Shown piece after piece: positions 1 through 10,500 of a stretch of DNA of 64,000 bases. The notes beneath the pieces are model-generated. The model did no database searches. It was not told where the DNA came from and worked only from the letters and a program-made list of their open reading frames with translations. Origin of the DNA: Lama guanicoe (lineage: Eukaryota); NCBI GenBank assembly GCA_013239625.1, contig MU054662.1, positions 14,621,798 through 14,685,797 on the forward strand, written 5' to 3'. Position numbers and translations under genes: made by a program. Position 1 is the stretch's first letter. Each line of letters starts with the position of its first letter.

Positions 1-2657
1 AAGTAAGTAAAAATAAGTTAGGGTAAGTAAATCAACAGCATGTTCTGTTTCTGTTGGATCGGGCTGTGCTCTGAACCTGACGGGGAAATCTGTTTGTCTG
101 TGCTCAGAGCGTCTTGTAAGAACGAGCCCCGCTCTTACGTACCCAGGTCTGTCGGCCCCATGTGGTGGATTTTAAAGGCTGTTCACCACGTTGTCCCTGT
201 TTGATGAAGTCCTTCCTTTCCGACTCCGCAGGCGTCTCCCAGTGTGGAAGCCCGTCTTCAGGGGAGCCCTTGGGGTTATCTTACAGAGCCGTCCTCTCCC
301 CCGGGGCTCAGACGTGGCACTCCTTCTGTTTACGATGCTGGCAATGGAAATTTTTCCCAAAGAAAGAGCGCGGCGGCTTGTAACGTCAGGTCACTTTTGT
401 GGTTGTTGTGTGGGTGATCACTAAGGAGGAGATATCGTCATTTCACAAGGGGATCTCAAGCCTTTCTCTGGTACACGCTTGTCTGCGCAGAGAGCCCTGT
501 GGTCTCTAGATGTGGCCCCACCTGACCTGCCGCAGCCTGGTGCCGGCCGGTGCCTGGCGTGCCTGGGGCCTTCCTGGAGCCACAGCCGCACCACAGACCT
601 GAGTGGTGCTGCAGGACGACCGGGCATCCCCGCGGAATCAGTGGCCTGCTTTGGACGGAAGGCCAAGCTCTTTGGAAGTATTCAGTACCTCTCCCAGCAA
701 AGGAGGAGCCAGAGCCTCGGGCCCAGGCCAAGGAGCACATCCAGGAAGCTGGGCCAGGCCTGCACACAGAGTTCTGTCTCCCGGGGCCGAAGTCCTTGGG
801 GCCCAAGGGTTGATCCAGGAGGCAGTCTTTTGGAGCAGAGGCATTAGGGACACCGGCTGGGGCCAGGGAGTGGGCGGTCCCTCCTTCCCCAGCTGAGGGG
901 GCATGTACAGGGCTGAAGGCAAGGCCCAGACATCCCCGGTGGGCAGTTCAGGGGGTTGGGGTGGCCAAGGAAATTGGAGCCACATCAGAATCTTGAGAGT
1001 GATGGACAGAAATTTGTATTTAGGACCCAAGTGAGGATGTGTCGTCCAGGCAGTTTAACGTGTCCGTCTGAGTGAACCCGGCCACTTGGACGGGTGGAGA
1101 GGTGACAGCGTTCTTGGTCAGCATCTTTAGTACGATGCCTTCGACCCAGATTCCATTGACCCTCTGCTTAGGGGCCCTAGTGGGTCCCAGAGCACCTGGA
1201 AATTGGGTTTGTTAAGTCATCATCTCAGATTAGCAAGTGCATGTTACGTGTGGAACCAAACCACTCAACCCTCAGGACCAGCAGGGACTCAGGTTCTGGG
1301 AACCGAACTGAGGACCATTGCTGCAGGTTCCTACCTTGCGTACCAGCTTGTCCACAGCCTTGGTCGGCCTGAAATTGTGTGAGTGCTGCCCTGCCGCTGC
1401 TGGAGACAAATGCCCTGCAGGCTTGATGACGCTGTCTCCGCTGCTTCTGGGTGCGTGGACGCCAGCCTGGCTGGATCTGGGCCCGTCTGTGTGACCCCAT
1501 GGCAGGCCCGCCTATCCCACCCCGACCCAGTCGTGGTCACCATTTGCTGCACCTACAGGGGACACAGGGACGCCTGCGGCAGGGCAGGGGGCGCTCCAGG
1601 CCTGTCCTGATTAGCACACTTTGTTCAAGGAGGGGATGGGGTCTGGCCCTTCCCTGCCCTGGCTGGGAACCCACTTGTGGGCCCGGCTCATGGGAGGGGT
1701 GCTGTGACATTGTCACCTGCTCATCTGCCCATTTTCAACCAAACGTGTCCACTCAGTCCCTCTGACCACATCCCGTGACCTGCAGACCATGCCCTCTGTC
1801 CTCAAGGATGGTGTGAAGGAGGAGCAGGCTTCTCCCTCCCCCCTCCCTCTCCCCTCCCCCCCACCTGTCCCCTTCCGACGACACCCCTGCTCCAGGAGCC
1901 AGGAGCACCAGTCTCTGCTCCACGTTTCCCTGGCAGCCTGCGCTGTGCCTGCAGAAGGGGTGCCAGTGACAGGATCGCGGAGACTGTGAGGCTGTGTGAG
2001 GCCCCGCCGGGGTCCTGACACGGGACCTCCTGCCAGGAGCCTCTCAGGAGGCTGCAGACAGAGCAGAATAGTCCAGAGGACGATCAGGTCGGGGTTGAGG
2101 CCCGCTGTCCAGGTTGTTCTAGGACCGAGAGGCTGCTCACCCACAACGAAGCAAAGACAAAGGCAACAGGAATTCAGAAGGTGTTAATATGAGCTCCTGC
2201 CGGAGAGAAGGCAGGTGCCCTGGTCAGCGAGCCTGCCGTCCATCCATGTGTCGCAGTGCCCCCAGGCCCGCCCACGGTTCCCGTCCAAAGCGATGCTTCC
2301 CAGTCTGTTACTACACAAAACACATAGAAACAAGTGACTGGAGAAAGGACACGGACAGAAAAGTATACAAGGTACCGCCCAGCCTTTCATGACTGGCGTC
2401 AGTGGACACATGGCCACTGCCATCGCGGGGAAGCATCCGCACCTCTGGACGGACCCGGCGAGGACCAGGCGCTGGCGGTGTGGTGAGGCCAGCGGGCTGG
2501 AGTGGACCATCTACACCCTCTCCCTCCCGTCTGCTGGCCGTTCCCCGAGGACACTGGCCTTCACGTCTGTGCTGTTGCCCCCGGTTTACTGTGTGTTCTT
2601 GTATCTCTGGGTTCAAGCGCCCTCTTCTCCACGAAGTCCCCTCTGGCTCTGTCCAGC

Positions 2658-2684
2658 TGGTTTAGGTGGTTTAGGTGGTTTAGG
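2658..2684. repeat. (TGGTTTAGG)3 tandem repeat
   Basis: Three perfect 9-bp units. Confidence 0.9.
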
Positions 2685-2973
2685 TGGGTTCTTCGTTCAG
2701 CAGTTACCTGTGCACTCGGCCGCTGTCCTCTGTCGTCATGAAGCCGGCTGCCCAGTGGGGCCCAGCACGTGATGAAAACGGCGGCCTCATTTAAGCATCA
2801 CTAAGACTTTCAGGGTGGGGATATGTTTGCATGTGGTGACATGGTGGCCACTCTAGCCACGTCTTGTGCCATCAGGGTGTGGGGTTGCTTGTCAGGCCCC
2901 AAGCTCACTCTCACGGGAGCCTCCTGAGTGTGGGGCCCTTGAGCTGCATGGTCCCTGCTGCAGAGCCGGCCTG

Positions 2974-2975
<2 letters not shown>

Positions 2976-3011
<36 letters not shown>

Positions 3012-3040
3012 GCGCGCGTGCGCTCACGCACGCACGTGTG
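2976..3040. repeat. (TG)n microsatellite grading into CG/CA alternation
   Basis: About 15 perfect TG units, then tgcgtgtgcgcgcgtgcgctcacgcacgcacgtgtg. Confidence 0.95.
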
Positions 3041-4398
3041 GCTGTGTGCGTGACTCCCTGCAGCTCTCAGGACTGGAGCTGTCCTCCCCGGCTTGCCTGG
3101 GCGGCGGAGGCCGCAGGTGTCGGGGTCCTCCCAGGGCTGGGTGCTCGGAGGGGCTTTGGCGGGATGGGAGCGGGCTTTCTGAGGAGCTCACGCTCGTGCA
3201 AGCAGCTGTGTGTGTGTGCCACATGCAGTTGCTGAAGTGTGAACCGTTAAAGACTGCGGCCAGTGAGCAGCAGGGCCCTGGCTGCTCCACAGCACAGAGT
3301 GTGCATGTGGACAGTCAGAGCTGAGGCCCTTGGCCTTGTAGGTGGAGGAGAAGCCACTGGCACGTGGGAGAAGGAGGCCGGTGCTGGTGCTGGTGGCAGA
3401 GACGGGGGCACCCAGAGCTGGAGAGGGGCCCGCCTGCAAGCTCAGTGGGTGTTGGCCGTGGGCCTGCGGGTCCGCCCAGGGCCTCCACCCGAGGCGCTGC
3501 AGGAGGAGCCGTCCTGGAGGGGAGTCTGGAGTCAGGACTTCTGGTTCTCATGTGACTGTTTCAACCAGCGTGTGGTTTTAGCCATTGTTTCAAAATGAGT
3601 GGAAAGACCAGAGTGGTTTAGGGGCTTTTAAAGCAAAGGAAAATCTGCTCTCGCACCGGATACACTCGCTCTGGTTGTGTGTCTCCAACTTTCTGAAACT
3701 CCTGGCTGGAAACTCCTGCTCCCACCTCTCTCGCTGCTCCCTCTGGCCGTCAGGAGACGGGGTGCAGCAGAGAAGGAGGGATTCTTGGAGCCCTGAGTCT
3801 CAGGGTCAGTTTGAGGGCCTCCCCATGGCCAAACCGCTGGATGCCAAGAGGTGCTTCTTCCAGGATCAAGACTTTCCAGCGTCCCCCAAACCCGCCCTGG
3901 GGCTCCCTGTCCTGCCGGCTTGTCCCTAGGCCAACACTCCATCTTCAGGTCACAGTAAGACCTGGAATCTGGTCAAGAGCTGACACCGTTCCTAACCAGG
4001 TGCCTCTTTCCAGGTCTCTGCCCCTCACGCCCGGCAGCTGTGACCATGAGGTGGCTCGGAGGTACTGTTCCAAGCAGCCACTGCTTCGATGTTTAGTCAG
4101 ATGGCCTTGTCAGGCTGGCCATCATAGGAAGCCGCGTCCTCCCCCGAGTCCCCCCCGAGTCCCAGCACCCACAGGCAGCTTCTCAGCCCTAGAACCCCTC
4201 CCCGTGCAGTGTGACCCGTCCTCCCTGCTGTGAGCACATTCTCCGTGTGAAACACCGCGTGTGTCTTGTGCACGGGCCGGAGGGTGAGGGTGTGGAGCTG
4301 GACGCCGGGCAAGAGGAAGCCTGTTCTGGCTGCACTCTAACTGCCTGGACACCAGCTCACCCCCCAGGATGGGCGTCCGACGACTGCTCTCCTTGCAG

Positions 4399-4596
4399 GT
4401 GGAGCTGGCGCGGCCTGGTCCCCACGTGGCTGAGACACCGGCACTCGGGGCTGCAGGCCAAAGGCCAGAACTTCATGCTGGAGGACTCCACCTTCTGGAT
4501 CTTTGGGGGCTCCATCCACTACTTCCGGGTGCCCCGCGAGTACTGGAGGGACCGCCTGCTGAAGCTGAGGGCCTGCGGCTTGAACACCCTGACCAC
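4399..4596 (+). CDS. GLB1L2: GLB1L2 exon 2 (198 nt)
   Basis: ccttgcag|G...AC|gtgagt; [65 protein letters not shown]. Confidence 0.95.
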
Positions 4597-7500
4597 GTGA
4601 GTGCAGCCGCCCCAGCCACCAGGCCGCTTTCCTGGGAGAGGTCCTGGGGTCTCCGTCCCGGGCCTCTTGGTGGTTTGTGGACTGGCTTTGAAGACAGTTC
4701 TAAAAAGAGTTACAGGGATGGTCTGAGCTAGGACAGCATAGCTGAACAAAGTGTGTAATTTTCCAGGAAGACTACCTAATAGGGTCCTTTTATTGCAAAT
4801 GTGAGTTCTGATCTGGGGGGGGGATGTCCTCATGTGGTAGGGCTCCTGGAGCTGGTGGCAAGACTGCAGGGTGAGCATTTTGCTTTATAAAAGCCAGATA
4901 ATCTGTATAATCTCTTGAGTCTGAACTGGAAGCTGGCAAGCCTCTCCCTGTACCTGTGCAGGCTTGGCAGGGGAGGAGGCTCCACCACAGCGGGGGCGGG
5001 GGGGGCCGGTCCAGGAGAGGAGCCGCCATCCTTACTGTTATCACGTGTGACTACACGCCTCTGCCTCCTGAGCGGGGTCCCTTAAAGGACCTGCTTCGTG
5101 TCCTTGTCTTCTCTTTAGAGTAAGAACCTCCATTCTGTCACTGGGTTTGGGATTCTGGAGGCGGCGGCAAACATGGGCTGATGATTGAGGGTTCCTCTTA
5201 CCCTCCGTTTAACTGGGTTTCCTCTGAAGCGACTTCTCTGGCTGGGAGGGAGGGGGACGCGCTCGGGCTCCCCTGCGGCCTGTTTCCCCCCACCCAGGAG
5301 GTGGCTTGCCCTGGCTTCTCTGTGGTCCCTAAATCTCCTCAGTTAGTTCTCGGTTCCAGTGCTGACACAATTAAGACAGTGCACCTAGGAAACACATCTT
5401 CAACCGTCATGACGGGTTTTGGGGATAAAAAGCGCTAATCTTTAGGGAGATGAAGTGGAATAAATGAACAGCTCATGCCTGTAATTCTCTTTCCTGCCAC
5501 AGCTACGTCCCATGGAACCTCCACGAGCCAGAAAGAGGCAAGTTCGACTTCTCCGGGAACCTGGACCTGGAGTAGGTGCTGCTGCTGCGCCCGCGACCCT
5601 GCGGGGCGGGGCGGGGCAGGGGGGGGTGCTCCTTGGGGCGGGCGGGGACCGCGGTCGTCTGCACTCTGCTCCCCAAGAGCCAGAGAGAGACTGGGGTCTG
5701 GAGCCTGTTCCCAGACCCGGGGGACTCGCTCCCGTGGTGACCCTGTTACTCCCAGGGCCCAGGCCACCTCCCCATGCCCAGAGGTGTCCGTTCCCGTCCC
5801 CGGGGTGGGCCCCCCTCTGCAGTGCGGTCCATGCGTTCTGGCCGCCTGGGCGGGGACGGGGGCTGCCCCTCCAAGGCCGCAAGGCCATCCGGGCCAGTCT
5901 CCCTGTCGGACCCCCGTACCCCTCTGTGCCCCTTCTCTTGCCCCAGAGGGCTGTGCAGACGTCCTAGGCTGGGGGTCTCTGCTGTGACCTGGTGGGGGTG
6001 TCCCCTGCTCTGTAGGGGGAGCTGAGTCCTGCCCTTAGTGCCCCCCCCAGGTGAGAGGAGGGCAGGTAAGGAGGGGTTGCGGGGCTCTGCCCACCGTGGT
6101 GGTGGCGGGCCATGCCCTCCTCAGCTCTGAGGCCTGAGCGCTGGTGACTCTGGCTCCCTAGGGCCTTCGTCCTGCTGGCCGCGGAGGTCGGGCTGTGGGT
6201 GATCCTGCGTCCGGGCCCCTACGTCTGCAGTGAGCTGGACCTCGGGGGCTTGCCCAGGTGAGCGGGGCTGGGGGTGGGGGCGGCGGGGCCTCTGGCAGTG
6301 GCTTGACTTGAATTCTGTGCTTGTGCAAAATGCTAATCAGAAATGTAGGTTTAATTTCATTGTCAAAGTTTATTTTTCATTCTGTCCTGAAGTTCTTTTT
6401 CAGAATAAGTGGCCCATTTAAGTGATGCCCCAGTTGTGGCCCTGGTCAGATTCCACGTGGTCCCTGTGTGGCGAGCAGCAGGGCCGCCATTCTCCCAGCC
6501 CTGGGCCTCCGTGTGGAGCTGAAACTCCGTGGGTTATTTGTCTGCCCCTGACCGACCTCGCTTTCTGATAAGCAGGTTTTTAAAGCCCCAGTGTTGTGAG
6601 GAAGTGTAGGGGAAGCAGCTGCTTTGCTTCATCCTTCGTCTTCAGATCTCAGACCTTAGTGCGCCGTCGTGGTGTGTCGTCTCCGCGGGGGTCAGCAGTG
6701 TGTCTGGTCAGATGCGGACTTGGGCCAGAGTCCCCAGGCAGCATGTCCAGTCCTCGTCCTCATCCTCAGGGCCACTGATTTCCAGCAAAAAGGTCTTCCT
6801 GTGAGCAGGAAGCCACCCTCAGTGCTCTAGCCAGTTAGCCTCCCCTCCCTGCCCCGTCGCTGGCCGGGGAGGGGAGGAGGCTGGTCCCGTCTGCTCTGTC
6901 TGCCGGGCCTTCTCCTGGGGGGCCCTCACGCTCTCATCTCTAAAGTGACCCCGCCCCACTCTGGGGCCCAGGCAAGCTGTTTCCTCTGTCCCTGGGCCAT
7001 TCAGCTTGGCCAGGGCACCCCCAGCAAGGCTCACACAGCCAGAGTGGCCTCCCCACACCTGGGGATTAGAAACCTGTGTGTCAGCGATGTCTCCGGCTCA
7101 GACCCCAGCCGGGAGATGGGGGGAGGACAGGATTAAGTCTTAGCTGAGTAGCAGCAGGGGCTCCAGCGCTCAGACCTCCCTGCACTCACCTGTCCATGCA
7201 GGTCCGGGTCACGGGAAGGACAGGCTCGTGGTGGTGGGGCAGCCCCGGGGAGGGGGCGAGCTGGGAGCACTGGGAATCCCACAGGATCCCGGTGAGGAGG
7301 AGAGACAGAGGTTTCTAGATAAGACGGGGTCAGACCCGAGGGAGCTGCCGTCTCCTTGTCCAGGGTTACCTGACTCAGATTGATGGTTTTCTGACCCCGT
7401 TCCAGACTTCAAATCAGGACGAAAGATGCATCAGAGCCTTTTGTAAAAATATCAGTGTTGCTCAGAATTTCAGGTGAGAGGGGAAACACCCTGGCTCCAG

Positions 7501-10500
7501 CTCTGGGAGTGACGCTCCGCTCACCTGGGGAGCAAGGTCACACAGGCAGGTTGCAGGAGGGACTAATCTTGGTCTCCAGCTCCTCCCATGAGTGGGCTCT
7601 GAATACTGATGAGGGGAAGGTGGGCGTGGAGGCGGCTGGACCAGAGTTGGCCTCTCAGCCGCATCTCATGCTTCTTCTGGGTGACCTGGAAGGCGACACC
7701 TGTGTCCTCTGACCCTGTGATTCCTCATTCCATTCTCCTCACCCCTTTGTATTGAGACTGGAGTAAATGCTTGAAAACTGGGCCTTGAGTTCAAAGAGAA
7801 GCCTTTCTCACGCTGACTGGCAGCCAGCCCTAAAGCTGGAAATAGAGTGGCCTCGGGGCTGTGACTTCTGGGGACACGGGGCCGTGACCTCAGGGGATGC
7901 AGGGCTGTGCCCTTTGCAGGAGGCAAGCATGTGACCTCAGGGGGCGCAGGACTGTGACCTCAGGGGGCACGGGGCTGTGCCAGGCCTGATCCAAGCGGTG
8001 TCTGCCCCAGTCTGTGGTGTAGCATCCTGCCTGCCACCCCCACCCAGTGGAGGTGGGTCAGAGGTCCTCCCTCATTCCCAAGCTCTCTGACCATGCCTCT
8101 TTCTCATGCATCACCCTGCCCAGGGCGAACCCACAGACAGCAAAACTAATCACCCTCCTCTTTGTTCAAGCTGGCTACTCCAGGACTCCGGCATGAGGCT
8201 GAGGACAACCTACAAGGGCTTCGCTGACGCAGTGGACCTTTATTTTGACCACCTGATGTCCAGGGTGGTGCCCCTCCAGGTAAGGGTGGGCACGCTCTCC
8301 CTCCCCCTCCCCGTCCCCCAGTGGTGGCCGCAGCCTGGGTGGAGCCCTCAGGCCAGGGGCTCGCAGCACCTTCGACACAGGGCCCAGCCCTCCCCACGGC
8401 GGGGTCTCTTTGGAGGTCTATCTATTTCAGTGTTGCCTCCAGGGGCCCTTGACGCCCGGATAACTGGAAACCCCCGTCTGTGTCCCCACAGCCCAGTGGC
8501 TCTGCTCTGCTGGGGGGAGCATATGTGGGGAGGCCCCTGCCTGGGGGACGGCAGGACTTCTTGTAGTTGTAAAGTTACCACTGAGGACATTGCACGGTAC
8601 ATCCTTCTGCTACCAAAAAGGTGCTGCATGGCACACCCAACATTCAAAGCATAGGCGTCAAAGCGAATTTTGGGGAGTATCTTAACACTGCATGTAATAA
8701 TCGGAAACAGTGAAAAAGCAGGAATGAAAATAATTAACCCAGTTGCTTCTGTGAAAATAAGAAGTGTGACACCAAGAAATTAGAACATCAGTAAAAACTG
8801 CTTTGAGTCAATGGTTTGGGATACTCACAGCACACTCAGATCAAAGGAACTGCTGGTCATCTGCATGGTAGGCAAATAAAACAGAGGATACCCAGTTAAA
8901 TGTGATTTTCAGATAAGCAAGGAGTAAATTTTTTTTAGTATAAATGTGTCTCCATCTGTTTTGTTTCTGATTTTTAGTTACTTGAGTTTTTTCTCTCCTA
9001 TTAATCTGACTAAAGTTTTGCCAACTTTGTTGATCTTTCCAAAGAACCAGCTCTTGGTTTTGTAGCTTTTTCTCCACTGTTTTTCTAGTCTGTATATTTT
9101 CTCTGCTCTAAAATTTATTATTTCCTTCCTCTGCTGCCTTTGAGTTTAATTTGTTTCTCCTTTTCTAGTTCCTTAAGGTGAAAAGTTAGGTTGTTGACTT
9201 GAGAGCTCTCATCTCTTCTAATGTGTTTACAGTTGTGAATGTCCTTCTGAGCACTGCTTTCACTGCATCTCATACGTTTGTTCTGTTGTTTTCATTTTAA
9301 TTTGTATCAAGATATCTTCCAACTTCCCTGTAATTTCTCCTTTGAGCTACTGGTTGTTTATTCACATACTTGTGAATTTTCCAGTTTCCTTTCTGTTGTT
9401 GGCTTCTGGTTTCATCTTATTCTGACTGGAAAAGATACTCCATATGATTTCAGTCTTTTAAAACTCATTAAAACTTGTTTTGTGGCCTAACACACGGTTT
9501 ATTCTAGAGAGTGTTCCGTGTACATCTGAGAAGAACGTGTTCTGTGCTGTTGGGCGCTGTGTCCTCCGTGCGTGTGTGGGGTCCAGCTGGTCTGTGGTCC
9601 AGCTCAAGCCTCTGTGTCCTGGCCTTGCTGGTCTTCCACCTGGTTGCTCTGTTGCTGAAGATGGGGCATTGAAGTCTCCTGTTTTTATAGAGCCACTTTC
9701 TCCCCTTTAATTCTGTCCATATTTGCTTCAAATACTTTGGAGGTCTGATGTTCAGTGCATGTATGTTTATAATTATTGTATCTTCTAAATTGACCCTTGT
9801 ATCATTGTGTGAATATATATATGTATGTATATATATGTGTATGTGTGTATACACACATACACACACACACCCATGTATATTATACAATGTCCTTCTTTGT
9901 GTCTTCTAACAGCTTTTGACTTAAAGTCTATTTTGGTTGGTATTAGTCATCCCTGCTCTCTGTTGGTTACTATTTGCATAGAATATTTTTTTCCATCCTT
10001 TCATTTTCAACCTGTGATTGTCTGTAGATCTAACATGAGTGTCTTGTAGACAACACATAGTTGGATACTGTTTTTTTATCCACTCTGTGAATCTGTGTCT
10101 TTTGGTTGGGGAGTTTAATCCATTTACACTTCAAGTAATTACTGATAGGGAAGCACTTACTTTTGTTATTTGTTTTCTGTATGTCTTATAGTTCTTTTTT
10201 TATCCCTCATCACCTTCATTACTACCTTCTTTGCATTTAGTTGATTTTTTTAGTGATAAGTTTTGATTCCCTTTTCATCTCCTTCTGTATATTCTGTCGA
10301 TATTTTGATTGTGGTTACCATTGGGATTACATATACTGTCCTAAAGTTATGGCACTCTGTTTTATGTAGACACCAGCTTAACTTCAGTCACAAACAAAGG
10401 CTCTACTCCTTTACAGCTCTGCCCCCTTTTTATTACTGTTGTCACAAATTATACCTCTATATATTGTGTGCCAGTTAATACAGATTCATAATTATTTTAT

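Noticed and set aside
1-4398. Search for GLB1L2 exon 1 or the tail of the paralogue GLB1L3
   Set aside because: No ATG exon with a hydrophobic signal/anchor and phase-2 donor and no GH35 peptide found; treated as intron 1.
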